64,000 nucleotides of DNA, from the NCBI GenBank assembly GCA_964350245.1, contig CAYGJC010000001.1, positions 4,139 through 68,138 on the forward strand, given 5' to 3'. A program made the position numbers and the translations under genes. Source of the stretch: an uncultured bacterium (GTDB taxonomy: Bacteria > Chlamydiota > Chlamydiia > Chlamydiales > JAAKFR01). The notes beneath the pieces were generated by a model. It worked only from the letters and a program-made list of their open reading frames with translations. It was not told where the DNA came from and did not search any database. This document shows, one piece after another, positions 26,439 through 36,805 of the stretch. The number at the start of each line of letters is the position of its first letter. Within the stretch, counting starts at the first letter, position 1.

Positions 26439-27812
26439 CTATAAAAGGCCGTGAAAACGCCTTTGAAGCTCCCCTAAGTACGAGGTTCCGGGATCAAAAT
26501 ACCAATTACACGCCTCTTCATGCGTGATGGGTCGACTGTGTGCAAGATCTCTTGCAAAAACCTGATTCGCTGCCGCCGCTGCCTCAGACGATTCGATCAC
26601 CATAATGGTCTCATAATCTGACAGATCACTTTTAAGTCCCAGATTATAGCTGCCCACCACTACTATCTCGTCGTCAACAATCATCAGTTTCTTATGTAGC
26701 AGCACATCCCTGACATTATATTCGTAAATGGATGTATTTTTAGGTGTTGTACTCTTAACAGACCAATAATCCCAGAAGTGAAACCGCTGGCCATGTAGAA
26801 AAGGAACATAGGACATGCGGTTGGCCCATCCAAAAAAACGGGTATAATCCGGAGTGGTGTCACTGATTCCATTTGAGATGATGGTGAGTTTTACACCGCG
26901 GTTCACTGCCTCAAGAAGGGCATTGAAGATAGGTTCGACCGGACAAACATAGAGATTAGCAATCTTGATCTCTTTTTGAGCCCGCTTAATGAGCTGAACG
27001 TACTCTTGGGTAATGACATTTTTCTTTTGATGCGGCCCTGAAAGTAGATACTTCATTTGCCGCCCTTCCAAAGAGATCAGCTGCTCTGATGTTTCAAACC
27101 TCTCCACAAACGGTTCAGCTGTAACAGGAAAATAAAAGGGATTGTTCGAAAAAACCTCAGGATCTCGTTCAAGATGCATCGTTTCGTTATAGTGGTTCCA
27201 AAGTGCGAAAATCTTACAGAATGTCTCCCTTAATTGCTTAGCAATAGGCCCCCGTCCTACGATGTCTTGATCGCGCATGCCGGCTGGAAGATTGGCGGCA
27301 ATCATGTTGAGCTTATTATTGTCGCGACTGGGTGTAAACGTCCCCTCTGAGCACTGAGACTCATCTAGGTTGGTCCCTCCCATAGAAAAGTACTTTTCAT
27401 CAATCACGCAGACTTTGACATGGTTGTCAATCCCGGTTAAATCGGGCCAAACAACGGTCACATTGGTGGCGTGTTCAAGGTGAAAATTTTGGGGATAATG
27501 TGTTTCCAGCCGCTTGATCATGGCGTAATCTGCTGACTCAAGAAGAATGGGAGTCGCTAAAACCCGCACCTGAATATCCGGACAGACCTCTAAACGCGCC
27601 TCAATCTCTGCTAATAACTCACGCGCGATTGTCCCTCCGAAAAAGCAAGCTGAAATATCGATTGACTGCGTCGCGTGGCGGATAAATTCAAGATCCCAGG
27701 CAAACATTTCCAACCCGTTATCACACACAATGATATCGGTTTTCTCTTCACCCTTCAGGCTAAGACAAGTAAAGGCACAAAAACAAAGAAACAAAGAAAC
27801 AAAACGTCTCAT
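26439..27812 (-). CDS. phospholipase D-family protein with a signal peptide
   Basis: Two HKD motifs: HVKVCVIDEKYFSMGGTNL and HKKLMIVDDEIVVVGSYNL. N-terminal signal-like MRRFVSLFLCFCAFTCLSL. Confidence 0.88.
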   Translation of the reverse strand: MRRFVSLFLCFCAFTCLSLKGEEKTDIIVCDNGLEMFAWDLEFIRHATQSIDISACFFGGTIARELLAEIEARLEVCPDIQVRVLATPILLESADYAMIKRLETHYPQNFHLEHATNVTVVWPDLTGIDNHVKVCVIDEKYFSMGGTNLDESQCSEGTFTPSRDNNKLNMIAANLPAGMRDQDIVGRGPIAKQLRETFCKIFALWNHYNETMHLERDPEVFSNNPFYFPVTAEPFVERFETSEQLISLEGRQMKYLLSGPHQKKNVITQEYVQLIKRAQKEIKIANLYVCPVEPIFNALLEAVNRGVKLTIISNGISDTTPDYTRFFGWANRMSYVPFLHGQRFHFWDYWSVKSTTPKNTSIYEYNVRDVLLHKKLMIVDDEIVVVGSYNLGLKSDLSDYETIMVIESSEAAAAANQVFARDLAHSRPITHEEACNWYFDPGTSYLGELQRRFHGLL

Positions 27813-28534
27813 ACAATAGACTCGTTGTTAAAAGCTTTTTGAAGCGAGCAGCGCAGTTCCAGCCGCGCTTCTTTGAGTTGTTTGAGGGTCCAACCCGAAC
27901 CCAAAAGGGTAAAACTGTGGGCCCGCATGGCTTCTAAAACATGGGTTTCAGAAGCCAGCACCTCATCAAGATACTCCTCAGGCAGTAACCCAAGAGCAAT
28001 AGACCCTTGGTGCAAATAGCCATCACGTGTTTTGCGCTGTGCGGCTCCCCCAATTTTCTTTCCCGCAATCATCACGTCGTACTTGGTCGGTTTTGCCATG
28101 CAAAAATGCTTACAATGAGCATCTAAAGGCTTTGGATCTTCGGTAAGAAGCTCAGGTGAGGACGTCACCATCGGTTGGATAGCTTCAATCACACGATTGT
28201 TTACAAAAGCATAGTTATCAAGGGGATTGGAGGAAAACGCGGGATGTGTTGCAGGAACCAGAACAGAAAAGGCAAGATCGCAGTTGTGAAAGATAATGCC
28301 CCCTCCCGTCGGCCGCTTAGCCAAATCCAATGAACGGGCGCGCGCTTTTTCGAGATTTAAAAACGCTTCGGGTTTGGTAAAATAACCATAGGTGGCTGCA
28401 TCTTCCTTCCAATCGTAAAAATGCACAATCGGGTCTTCCTCCTCTTTCAAATCAGCAAGAAGTGCCTCATCAAGTGCCATGTTTTCAGCAGCGCTCCGTA
28501 TCCCGGTATCTATGTATTTCCAATTTACATGCAT
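27809..28534 (-). CDS. lplA: lipoate-protein ligase / octanoyltransferase-family protein
   Basis: RPTGGGIIFH and AGKKIGGAAQRKTRDGYLHQGSI (conserved lysine region of the LplA/LipB family). ATGA overlap with the PLD gene. Confidence 0.85.
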   Translation of the reverse strand: MHVNWKYIDTGIRSAAENMALDEALLADLKEEEDPIVHFYDWKEDAATYGYFTKPEAFLNLEKARARSLDLAKRPTGGGIIFHNCDLAFSVLVPATHPAFSSNPLDNYAFVNNRVIEAIQPMVTSSPELLTEDPKPLDAHCKHFCMAKPTKYDVMIAGKKIGGAAQRKTRDGYLHQGSIALGLLPEEYLDEVLASETHVLEAMRAHSFTLLGSGWTLKQLKEARLELRCSLQKAFNNESIV

Positions 28535-28601
28535 AATTAGCTGAAGAGCTTAACAAATTATTTACATAATTTCAATCGATTTATCCATTTTAAGAAATGT
28601 G

Positions 28602-28631
28602 TTGATAGAAGATCCCGAGGGAAGATAAAAT
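28602..28631 (+). promoter_or_regulatory. candidate sigma-70-type promoter for clpC
   Basis: TTGATA (28602-28607), an 18 nt spacer, then TAAAAT (28626-28631), about 80 nt upstream of the clpC ATG. Confidence 0.3.
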
Positions 28632-28709
28632 AAGCGAAGGGTAGCACTTGTTTAATTATCCTTTATGCCCTATACGCAGTATTCCTAACGAGATAACGGT
28701 GAGAGATTG

Positions 28710-31196
28710 ATGTTTGACAAATTTACGAATCGCGCAAAGCAAGTCATCAAATTAGCAAAAAAAGAGGCTCAAAGGCTCAACCACAATTATTTAGGTACAG
28801 AACACATTCTTCTGGGCCTTCTCAAACTGGGGCAAGGCGTTGCCGTTAATGTTCTGAGAAATCTGGGACTCGATTTTGAAACCGTACGCCAAGAAGTTGA
28901 GCGTCTTGTAGGATATGGCCCTGAAATTCAGGTGTATGGCGATCCCGCTCTCACAGGCCGTGTTAAAAAAGTTTTCGAATATGCAAACGAAGAGGCCTCC
29001 AATCTCGGACATAACTATGTCGGTACCGAACACCTACTTTTAGGTCTACTCCGACAAACAGACGGTGTGGCCGCTCAGGTATTAGAAAACCTTAATGTCG
29101 ATTTACAAGAAGTGCGCAAAGAGGTGTTGAAGGAATTAGAAACCTTTAATTTACAACTTCCTCCAGCAGGGCAATCTGCAGGTGGTCCGGGTAAAACCTC
29201 AGAGAAAGGTTCCGAAAAGCTCCCCGCTTTGCGTGCCTACGGGTACGACCTAACTGAAATGAGCCGGGAAGGCAAACTCGACCCCGTGATTGGACGCGAT
29301 AAGGAAGTGGAACGTTTAATTCTTATCCTCTGCCGCAGACGTAAAAATAATCCCGTTTTGATTGGTGAAGCAGGGGTAGGAAAAACAGCAATTGTGGAGG
29401 GGCTAGCCCAACGCATCATCAAAGGTGAAGTTCCGGACAATCTCCGCAAGAAAAAGCTAATCACACTCGATTTAGCTCTGATGATTGCGGGAACTAAGTA
29501 CCGCGGTCAGTTTGAAGAACGGATCAAAGCGGTCATGGATGAAATTAAAAAGCATGGGAATATCCTGCTTTTCATCGATGAGCTACACACGATTGTGGGG
29601 GCCGGAGCCGCTGAGGGAGCGATTGACGCCTCAAATATTCTTAAGCCTGCCCTCTCAAGAGGTGAGCTGCAGTGTATCGGGGCCACGACATTAGACGAAT
29701 ATCGCAAACACATTGAAAAAGACGGTGCCTTAGAACGCCGCTTTCAGAAGATTGTGGTTCAACCTCCCTCCGTTGAAGATACAATTGAAATCCTCCGTGG
29801 TTTGAAAAAACAGTACGAAGATCACCACAACGTAACCATCACCGATGAGGCGCTGCAAGCAGCTGCTATCCTCTCTGATCGCTACGTGCATGGACGCTTT
29901 TTACCTGATAAGGCCATCGATCTTCTTGATGAAGCAGGCGCTCGGATGCGGGTCGCTACCATGAATCAACCCTCCGACATTTCCTCTCTGGAGACAGAAA
30001 TAGAAGAGACAAGACGCTCTAAAGAAAAGTCCATCAGCACGCAGGAGTACGAAAAAGCGGCCCGACTCCGTGATGAAGAGAAAAAGCTGCGGGAAAAATT
30101 GCAATCGATTCGCACTGAATGGGAAACACACAAAGAAGAGCATCAGGTTCCTGTTGATGAAGAGGCTGTCGCTCTGGTTGTCGCTGCTCAAACAGGAATT
30201 CCTGTTAACCAACTCACAGAGGCTGAGACACAGAAACTCTTAAAAATGGAAGAGTTGCTCCGCTCACAGATCATTGGACAAGACGATGCGGTCGATATTG
30301 TCTGTCGCGCGATTCGCAGAGGACGTACCGGAATTAAAGATCCCAATCGCCCCACAGGCTCCTTCCTCTTTTTAGGGCCAACAGGTGTGGGAAAAACCCA
30401 CCTGGCTCGCCTACTAGCTATTCATATGTATGGTGGTGAGGACGCTTTGATTCAAGTAGATATGTCCGAATATATGGAGAAATTCGCTGTCAGTCGTATG
30501 ACCGGTTCCCCTCCGGGTTACGTGGGACACGAAGAGGGAGGGCAGCTCACTGAGCAAGTACGTCAACGTCCTTATTGCGTAGTTCTTTTTGATGAAATTG
30601 AGAAAGCCCACCCTGATGTGATGGATTTGCTCTTGCAAATTCTTGAGGAAGGGCGCTTAACCGATTCAGTAGGGCGCAAAGTCAATTTCCGTCATGCCAT
30701 TGTGATCATGACCTCTAACTTGGGAGCTGATTTGATCCGCCGCTCGTCAGAAATTGGCTTTGGCTCAAAAACAGGCGTGCCTGATTATAAGACCATTCAG
30801 GAGAAGATCGAAGGGGCCATGAAAAAACATCTCAAGCCCGAGTTTCTCAACCGGGTGGATGGAACTGTTATCTTTAGGCCTCTGGATGAAGAGGCGCTTT
30901 CGGTCATTGTCCACCTTGAGATTGAAAAAGTTGAGAAAAGGCTGGCTAAGCACGATCTTCATGTGGAGCTCACAGAAGAGGCGATCCATCTGCTTGTGAA
31001 GCTGGGGAACATGCCGGAGATGGGAGCGCGCCCTTTACGCCGCGTGATCGAGCAGTATATTGAAGATCCGCTCGCAGAAAAGCTCATTCGCAATCCAAGC
31101 GAGACCAAACGTTATCTAGTGAAGGTTAAAGATGAGAAGCTGGAGTTTGAGCAGATTGAGAATCTTGCTTTAGAAACCTCTGAAGTCTCTAATTAA
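28710..31196 (+). CDS. clpC: ATP-dependent Clp protease ATP-binding subunit ClpC
   Basis: Double Clp-N repeat ([12 protein letters not shown] / [12 protein letters not shown]). Two AAA+ modules ([20 protein letters not shown]). UVR-like linker [15 protein letters not shown]. Confidence 0.95.
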   Translation: MFDKFTNRAKQVIKLAKKEAQRLNHNYLGTEHILLGLLKLGQGVAVNVLRNLGLDFETVRQEVERLVGYGPEIQVYGDPALTGRVKKVFEYANEEASNLGHNYVGTEHLLLGLLRQTDGVAAQVLENLNVDLQEVRKEVLKELETFNLQLPPAGQSAGGPGKTSEKGSEKLPALRAYGYDLTEMSREGKLDPVIGRDKEVERLILILCRRRKNNPVLIGEAGVGKTAIVEGLAQRIIKGEVPDNLRKKKLITLDLALMIAGTKYRGQFEERIKAVMDEIKKHGNILLFIDELHTIVGAGAAEGAIDASNILKPALSRGELQCIGATTLDEYRKHIEKDGALERRFQKIVVQPPSVEDTIEILRGLKKQYEDHHNVTITDEALQAAAILSDRYVHGRFLPDKAIDLLDEAGARMRVATMNQPSDISSLETEIEETRRSKEKSISTQEYEKAARLRDEEKKLREKLQSIRTEWETHKEEHQVPVDEEAVALVVAAQTGIPVNQLTEAETQKLLKMEELLRSQIIGQDDAVDIVCRAIRRGRTGIKDPNRPTGSFLFLGPTGVGKTHLARLLAIHMYGGEDALIQVDMSEYMEKFAVSRMTGSPPGYVGHEEGGQLTEQVRQRPYCVVLFDEIEKAHPDVMDLLLQILEEGRLTDSVGRKVNFRHAIVIMTSNLGADLIRRSSEIGFGSKTGVPDYKTIQEKIEGAMKKHLKPEFLNRVDGTVIFRPLDEEALSVIVHLEIEKVEKRLAKHDLHVELTEEAIHLLVKLGNMPEMGARPLRRVIEQYIEDPLAEKLIRNPSETKRYLVKVKDEKLEFEQIENLALETSEVSN

Positions 31197-32223
31197 TCAT
31201 CCCGCCACCCAAACAGATCTCCCCTTGGTAGAAGACAATCGACTGCCGAGGGGTAATGGCTTTTTGGGGCTCATCAAAAGTCACATGATCCGGAGCCAAA
31301 ACAGTACACACCACATCAGGGCTTCGGTAGCGCACTTTTGCAGTGCAGCGTAGAGGAAAGCTGGGCGGCTGACCTACCCAGCTCACCTCATGCATAAAAA
31401 GTTCAGAGCGGTAAAGAGCCGGATGCTCATCTCCTTGTTCAACGATGACCACATTCCGTTTGGGATCTTTGCCCACCACATACCACGCCTCGCCGGCCCC
31501 TCCGATATCCAGGCCTCGCCTCTGTCCGATTGTGTAGTAAGCCATTCCATCATGCCTCCCCACAACACTCCCATCTAAGCGTTCAAAATCTCCTTGTTGA
31601 TGAGGAATAAAGCGCGCCAGAAACTCTTTAAAATTGCGCTTTCCGATAAAGCAGATGCCTGTGCTGTCTTTCTTTTGCGCCGTGATCAGCTCTGCTTGTT
31701 GAGCTCGCCTGCGCACCTCCGGCTTGTTGAGCTCGCCAATAGGAAAGAGCACTCTCTCCAAAATAGAGCTCTTCAAGGTGTAAAGAAAATAGCTTTGATC
31801 CTTTTCTACATCTTTGCCACGGGCTAGTTGCCATCCCTTTTCTCCCTCGACTTTCCTGCAGTAGTGGCCTGTAGCTAAGTAGTCAGCCCCCAGCTCGAGC
31901 GCCTTGTCCAAAAAAAGATGAAACTTGATCTCTCGATTGCAAAGGATATCTGGGTTCGGGGTGTGCCCCTCCGCGTACTCTTTTAGACAGCGGGAAAAAA
32001 CCGAGTCCCAATACTCTTTGGCAAAATTCACAGTATAGAAGGGGATATCAAGGTGGCCACAAACACAAGCGACATCTTCGTAGTCAGTTTCTGCAGGACA
32101 GGCTCCCTCCTCTTCCCAATTTTTCATAAATAGACCGATCACTCTGTACCCTTGCTCTTTTAAAAGAAGAGCGGTGACAGAGGAGTCCACGCCTCCAGAC
32201 ATTCCCACAACAACCGTTTTCAT
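31189..32223 (-). CDS. mnmA: tRNA-specific 2-thiouridylase
   Basis: PP-loop [12 protein letters not shown]. Conserved CNREIKF and [10 protein letters not shown] cysteine motifs. Confidence 0.95.
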   Translation of the reverse strand: MKTVVVGMSGGVDSSVTALLLKEQGYRVIGLFMKNWEEEGACPAETDYEDVACVCGHLDIPFYTVNFAKEYWDSVFSRCLKEYAEGHTPNPDILCNREIKFHLFLDKALELGADYLATGHYCRKVEGEKGWQLARGKDVEKDQSYFLYTLKSSILERVLFPIGELNKPEVRRRAQQAELITAQKKDSTGICFIGKRNFKEFLARFIPHQQGDFERLDGSVVGRHDGMAYYTIGQRRGLDIGGAGEAWYVVGKDPKRNVVIVEQGDEHPALYRSELFMHEVSWVGQPPSFPLRCTAKVRYRSPDVVCTVLAPDHVTFDEPQKAITPRQSIVFYQGEICLGGGMIN

Positions 32224-32274
32224 AGGAGCACCAGTTTATCAAACCTTAACCTCTGATTACCACCTATTTTACCT

Positions 32275-32319
32275 GCAAAAAACGGCATTTTCGTTATTAA
32301 TAACGGCAAAAATGCCGTT
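32275..32319 (-). terminator. hairpin/terminator downstream of the ptsN pair (39 nt near-perfect palindrome followed by a T-run on the minus strand)
   Basis: In AACGGCATTTTCGTTATTAATAACGGCAAAAATGCCGTT (32281-32319), the 11 nt outer arms pair perfectly and the inner CGTTATTAATAACG is itself palindromic. Read on the minus strand, the stem is followed by TTTTT (the A-run on the plus strand immediately 5' of the palindrome, ending at 32280). Confidence 0.5.
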
Positions 32320-32422
32320 ATCTGCAAACAAACGGAGGGAATTTAAAAAGATTTTTTTGGAATATCTAATCCAGTTGGCCAAGTGGAGCAAAAAAAATTC
32401 AAAAATCAACCAGAGATGAATG

Positions 32423-33097
32423 CTAACCGGAGAGCCCGTTTTCCCAGTGCTTGACGAAGTCCAGTAGGCGGTCTTTGGGGGGCTTAGTCTGGAAAAAGGC
32501 GCGCGTCTTTTCACTGGCATTGATATGCGCCACTTTGGCCAAAAGATTGAGGTGATGGCGGTCCTCACAGGCAAAAAGGAAAAAGAGTGTATGCACCGGC
32601 TCACCATCCAAAGCATCAAAGTCAATCGGCTGCTTAGGATAGACAACCACAATGACATCGTAGTGGGTTTCTAAAAGAAAATCGCGTGTGTGTGGCACGG
32701 CAATCCCATGCCCAAGCGCCGTAGACATCATTTTCTCACGATCCATAAAAAGGTCGGTCAAAACATCAGGATCCAGCTCAAACTGCTGCCCCATCCGTTG
32801 CATGGTCTTCCGAATCACCTCTTCTTTTGTCTCGCCGGGGATATCATCAATCACCACTCCCCGATAAAGGGCTCGATAGAGGCTAAACTGCATGTTTCCT
32901 TTAGCATGCGGCTCTTCGTGTTGATCAAAACCGCCCTCTAGCTTCTGCTGGATCAGCCAATCTTCAATCTCTGAACGGCTAAATCGATGCTGGCGATCGA
33001 TCCGGTACGATGGAATCTTCCCATCCGCCAGCCATCTGCGGACTGTTGTCTCTGAAATATTCAGCAGTTCAGCTACATCGCGTATTTTTAAATCCAC
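32423..33097 (-). CDS. ptsN: PTS EIIA(Ntr)-type protein with an N-terminal MerR/excisionase-type HTH domain
   Basis: HTH IRDVAELLNISETTVRRWLADGKIP. EIIA phosphorylation-site context GHGIAVPHTRD. Confidence 0.85.
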   Translation of the reverse strand: MDLKIRDVAELLNISETTVRRWLADGKIPSYRIDRQHRFSRSEIEDWLIQQKLEGGFDQHEEPHAKGNMQFSLYRALYRGVVIDDIPGETKEEVIRKTMQRMGQQFELDPDVLTDLFMDREKMMSTALGHGIAVPHTRDFLLETHYDVIVVVYPKQPIDFDALDGEPVHTLFFLFACEDRHHLNLLAKVAHINASEKTRAFFQTKPPKDRLLDFVKHWENGLSG

Positions 33098-33101
33098 GCC
33101 C

Positions 33102-33590
33102 CTAAATCCCCCTAAAAAGTGCTATAATGTCCTTCGGACTGGTCAATTGCAAGATTTTTTTACGTCGCTCTTCGTCTTTAATCGCCAAAGTAAGACGGGA
33201 GAGCAGTTGAAGATACTCTGTCTGTTTATCATCGGGTCCGCCAATCATGAAAATCAACCGAACCGGTACTCCATCCAGTGCATCCCAAGCAATCCCTTTA
33301 GGGTGGATCCCAATTGCAATAAAAAATGTCTCATAACCCGGAAGCTTGGCATGCGGAACGGCAACCGCCATTCCGATCCCCGTAGAAACAATCTGCTCTC
33401 TTTCTAAAATCGCCTTGTGAAAAGCCTCTTTATCTTTGAGTTTTCCTTGAGCAGCGAGCACATCGACGAGCTCCTTTAGGGCTGCATCGCGCTCATCAAC
33501 ATCCAACAACTTTACAAGATCTGGATTGAGGTATTTGGAAATAAGGAGGGGCGGCTTTTGGCGATTCTGTTTTTCTTTGGAGGGAAACAT
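33102..33590 (-). CDS. ptsN: PTS EIIA(Ntr)-type protein
   Basis: EIIA-Ntr/Fru fold motifs GIGMAVAVPHAKL and VRLIFMIGGP. Confidence 0.85.
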   Translation of the reverse strand: MFPSKEKQNRQKPPLLISKYLNPDLVKLLDVDERDAALKELVDVLAAQGKLKDKEAFHKAILEREQIVSTGIGMAVAVPHAKLPGYETFFIAIGIHPKGIAWDALDGVPVRLIFMIGGPDDKQTEYLQLLSRLTLAIKDEERRKKILQLTSPKDIIALFRGI

Positions 33591-33593
33591 GAA

Positions 33594-34037
33594 TTAATGC
33601 ACTCCTGTATGGCCAAATCCACCGCTTCCCCGCTCACTTGCCGCCAGAGCCTCTGCCCGGATAAAGCGGACCTGAATGACGGGGGCTACTACAATTTGGG
33701 CAATGCGCATACCCGGCTCCACAACAAAATCGCTCTGGCCGTGATTGATCAAAATCACCTTTAGCTCTCCGCGATAATCGGCATCAATGGTTCCCGGGGT
33801 ATTGAGCACGGTGATTTGGTGCTTAAATGCTAAACCACTTCTAGGTCGAACCTGAATCTCATATCCCTCAGGGATCTCAAAAAACAGGCCTGTCGAAACA
33901 AGAGCTGAGGTACCGGCAGAGATCGTTAAAGGTTTTTCGAGATGGGCGCGCACATCCGCTCCAGAGGCGCCATCAGAGGCATACTCGGGGAGCTGATCTA
34001 CATCAGTTAGAACGGGAATAGCAATTTCTTGATCCAT
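33594..34037 (-). CDS. dut: dUTP diphosphatase
   Basis: dUTPase motifs [29 protein letters not shown] and [10 protein letters not shown]. Confidence 0.95.
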   Translation of the reverse strand: MDQEIAIPVLTDVDQLPEYASDGASGADVRAHLEKPLTISAGTSALVSTGLFFEIPEGYEIQVRPRSGLAFKHQITVLNTPGTIDADYRGELKVILINHGQSDFVVEPGMRIAQIVVAPVIQVRFIRAEALAASERGSGGFGHTGVH

Positions 34038-34057
34038 AGGAAAGGGATCATCACGAA

Positions 34058-34966
34058 TTACGCATCATCTGTCAACAAAAACAATTGATTTGTATGCATG
34101 GTGACATATTCGCGCGTATTACCGGTTAAAAACTCAAGAAATAGAGTAAGCTTCTTTTTCATCTCATGCCGTTTTACAATGCAATCGACCATGCCATGGG
34201 CAAGAAGAAACTCTGACTTTTGGGCCCCGGAAGGAAGCTTTTGACGAATCACCTGCTCCACAACCCGTGGACCGGCAAAACAAATTAACGCTTCGGGTTC
34301 AGCTATAATGATATCACCCAAAGAGGCAAATGATGCCGTTACCCCCCCAGAAGTTGGGTTAGTCAGCACCGAAATATAAGGAACACCCGCTTCATGTAAT
34401 TTGGCAAGAGCAGCTGAGGTTTTAGCCATTTGCATGAGAGAGAGAACCGACTCTTGCATCCGCGCGCCCCCGGATGCCGAAACAAGAATCAAAGGAATTT
34501 TTTGTTCGAGTGCCAGCTCGATAATGCGCGTGAGCCGCTCTCCGACAACAGATCCCATCGAACCGGCCATATATCCAAAGTTGAGCACGCCAAGCGCCAC
34601 ACGATGACCTCCTATTTGGCAGGTCCCCACAAAAACACCCTCTGTTGCCCCCGATTTTTCCGTCGCGCGCTCAATCCGGTCCGGGTAGGGCTCGGTGTCG
34701 CGGAAACTGAGCGCATCAGTGGGTCGCAGCTCTTCAAATAGAACCTCAAAAGTGCCACTGTCCACCAAGAGCTCGATTCTCTCTCGGGCTGAAAGACGGT
34801 AGTGGTAGTCGCACTTAGGACAGCAGTTGCGGTTTGCTGTTAGTTCATTGGTGTGAATCATCTCATGGCAATGGGTGCATTTCAGCCAGCCGCTGAATCC
34901 GTCGGCCTTAGACGATTCGACTTTAATTTTTGGTTTGTCGCGTGAAAATAAACGCATGCCACTCAT
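34058..34966 (-). CDS. accD: acetyl-CoA carboxylase carboxyltransferase beta subunit
   Basis: N-terminal zinc ribbon CTHCHEMI...[16 protein letters not shown] followed by a carboxyltransferase domain ([14 protein letters not shown] [20 protein letters not shown]). Confidence 0.93.
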   Translation of the reverse strand: MSGMRLFSRDKPKIKVESSKADGFSGWLKCTHCHEMIHTNELTANRNCCPKCDYHYRLSARERIELLVDSGTFEVLFEELRPTDALSFRDTEPYPDRIERATEKSGATEGVFVGTCQIGGHRVALGVLNFGYMAGSMGSVVGERLTRIIELALEQKIPLILVSASGGARMQESVLSLMQMAKTSAALAKLHEAGVPYISVLTNPTSGGVTASFASLGDIIIAEPEALICFAGPRVVEQVIRQKLPSGAQKSEFLLAHGMVDCIVKRHEMKKKLTLFLEFLTGNTREYVTMHTNQLFLLTDDA

Positions 34967-34980
34967 TATATTCGATTAAG

Positions 34981-35011
34981 CCCTAAACCGTCCACCTAAA
35001 AGGGTGGACGG
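34981..35011 (-). terminator. GC-rich hairpin downstream of sodA (weak U-tract)
   Basis: CCGTCCACC (34988-34996) and GGTGGACGG (35003-35011) form a perfect 9 bp stem with a 6 nt loop. On the minus strand the stem is followed by TTTAGGG. Confidence 0.45.
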
Positions 35012-35027
35012 AAAGAAAGGAAATTTT

Positions 35028-35663
35028 TTATTTGGCAAGCGCTGGACAGCACTCTCTGACGGCTTGGTACCGCTCTGCTACGTTAGACCAATTCACCACG
35101 CCCCAAATTGCTTTTAGATAGTCGGGACGGACATTTTTATACTGCAGGTAGTAAGCGTGCTCCCACACATCAATCCCTAGCAATGGAATGGCATTTTTGG
35201 TCCCTCTTAAAGGGTCTTGATTGGCACACACATCAATCACAAGCTGGTGTTGCCCTAAGCAAAAGCCCAGCCAGCACCAACCAGACCCTTGAATCGGACC
35301 GGCTTTGCTGTTGAATGTTTCAACAAAAGTTTCAAATGATCCCCATTTTTCTACAATCGCATCGGCAAGCTCTCCTGTTGGCGGAGCACCTCCCCCCTGA
35401 CTTTGAGGAGCTAAATTAGTCCAAAAAATACTATGATTAATGTGGCCTCCGCCGTTAAAACGAATGGCCGGCTGCAGAGAGATCATAGTCGCAAGGTCTT
35501 CTTTCGCCTCAGCCTCTTCGTATTTCTCTAGAGCAGCGTTGAGATTGGTCACATAGGCATTGTGGTGCTTTTTGTGGTGAAGCTCCATAATCTCGGCACT
35601 GATCACCGGTTCAAGGGCATTATAGTCATAGGGAAGATCGGGTAGAGTAAATTTTTTAGCCAT
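35028..35663 (-). CDS. sodA: Fe/Mn superoxide dismutase
   Basis: [27 protein letters not shown] and [13 protein letters not shown] motifs. Confidence 0.95.
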   Translation of the reverse strand: MAKKFTLPDLPYDYNALEPVISAEIMELHHKKHHNAYVTNLNAALEKYEEAEAKEDLATMISLQPAIRFNGGGHINHSIFWTNLAPQSQGGGAPPTGELADAIVEKWGSFETFVETFNSKAGPIQGSGWCWLGFCLGQHQLVIDVCANQDPLRGTKNAIPLLGIDVWEHAYYLQYKNVRPDYLKAIWGVVNWSNVAERYQAVRECCPALAK

Positions 35664-36300
35664 CAGTCTCCTCGCTGTTTAAAGATGTACCCCCGAGCAT
35701 AGGGCACGCGAATAATTTGTTCAATGCGTTTTGGGTGATTGGTCCGATCGCCTCGCACTTTTCACGAGGCGGCAGCTGTCTACACAATTTTTGAAAAGCT
35801 GCGACGGTCGATGGACTGGTAAAAACCAGTCGATCAAATGGATCAAGGTCAGGCAATTGAACCTCATTAAAAATAGTCTTATAAAGAGGGAAGGCGTGTC
35901 CTCTTTTTTCTAGATACGTGGGCAATAAAGCGCGCGCGGAGGCCGAGTGAGGATAAAGGATCGGGCCACATTCAATCTTGTCTAAAAGAGCGATGACTCC
36001 TTCTCCACACTCTTCTTTTGCAACCCACCTTGCCTCAAGACCAAAATCCGTTAAACGTTCCGCTGTGGCTTTACCGACACTGATATAAATCTTATCTCTT
36101 CTCTTTGCGTAACCAAAAAAATACTCCACCGCTTGTCGACTGGTGAAAAGAACATGAGTATGTGGAAAACTGAGCGCATGGGCGATCTGTGCATAAGGCA
36201 AGGGCTCTGTCCGAATCAAGGGAAGGTGTGTAATCAGTTGATGCGAACCATAGCGACTCGGGTCGAGTCCAAAGTAAAGAATGGGCTTGCATCGTGTCAT
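35656..36300 (-). CDS. hemD: uroporphyrinogen-III synthase-like protein
   Basis: Two-lobed HemD-like pattern ([13 protein letters not shown] and [12 protein letters not shown]). Adjacent to hemC. The family is weakly conserved, so confidence is moderate. Confidence 0.65.
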   Translation of the reverse strand: MTRCKPILYFGLDPSRYGSHQLITHLPLIRTEPLPYAQIAHALSFPHTHVLFTSRQAVEYFFGYAKRRDKIYISVGKATAERLTDFGLEARWVAKEECGEGVIALLDKIECGPILYPHSASARALLPTYLEKRGHAFPLYKTIFNEVQLPDLDPFDRLVFTSPSTVAAFQKLCRQLPPREKCEAIGPITQNALNKLFACPMLGGTSLNSEETDG

Positions 36301-36346
36301 TGTATTCTTTATGATTCCTTTAATTCATTCATACAAGGAGGCCCAT

Positions 36347-36805
36347 ATGGCGGCATGCGGATCATGTTTAGGTTCTGTTCAACATCATCTTAACCCCACA
36401 AATTGGGACTTTTCTGAGAAGAAGGTCACCAAAGTGGCTCTCGTAGCTCTTCTATTCAGCGCGGTGGCTCTGACAGCCTGCGCTCTGATTACGGCCTATC
36501 CTGCAGCTTCAAGCGCCTTTATTACAACCTTCAGTATTGCAGCTGTTGTGAGTTTAGCCGCTCTATGCGTCGTGCTTGTAAAAAAATGTCAAACGTCATC
36601 AACTGTAAATGCTCGCCGCCAACAATTTGAAGAAGTCCACACTCCACCACCTCCTAAACAACAACACCAACAGAGGGGAAAAGCCCGTCCTCGTTCAAGG
36701 GATGGCGATGGTAGCGGCGGAAAAACAGGAAGTCTTGCTGGTGACGCTCACACACTCGCAGAAAATGCGGCTAGGCTTGCAGAGAAAGCTGGTGCTGGTG
36801 AATAG
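36347..36805 (+). CDS. hypothetical Inc-like membrane protein (start at ATG 36347 with an AAGGAGG RBS; the ORF track begins at 36281)
   Basis: AAGGAGG (36335-36341) lies 5 nt upstream of the ATG. Bilobed hydrophobic region VALVALLFSAVALTACALITAYPAASSAFITTFSIAAVVSLAALCVVLV. Low-complexity P/Q/G-rich tail. Confidence 0.55.
   Translation: MAACGSCLGSVQHHLNPTNWDFSEKKVTKVALVALLFSAVALTACALITAYPAASSAFITTFSIAAVVSLAALCVVLVKKCQTSSTVNARRQQFEEVHTPPPPKQQHQQRGKARPRSRDGDGSGGKTGSLAGDAHTLAENAARLAEKAGAGE

Noticed and set aside
32269-32658. 129 aa minus-strand ORF spanning the palindrome and the 3' part of ptsN
   Set aside because: It lies out of frame within the HTH-EIIA gene, which has clear motifs. The rest covers the terminator-like palindrome.
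36301-36770. Possible relic of hemC domain 3 on the minus strand after the hemC stop (PHFLRVCERHQ vaguely resembling the E. coli ALRVTAERA region)
   Set aside because: The similarity is only a few residues. No GGC cofactor-cysteine motif follows, and the frame closes after about 50 codons. This is compatible with chance.
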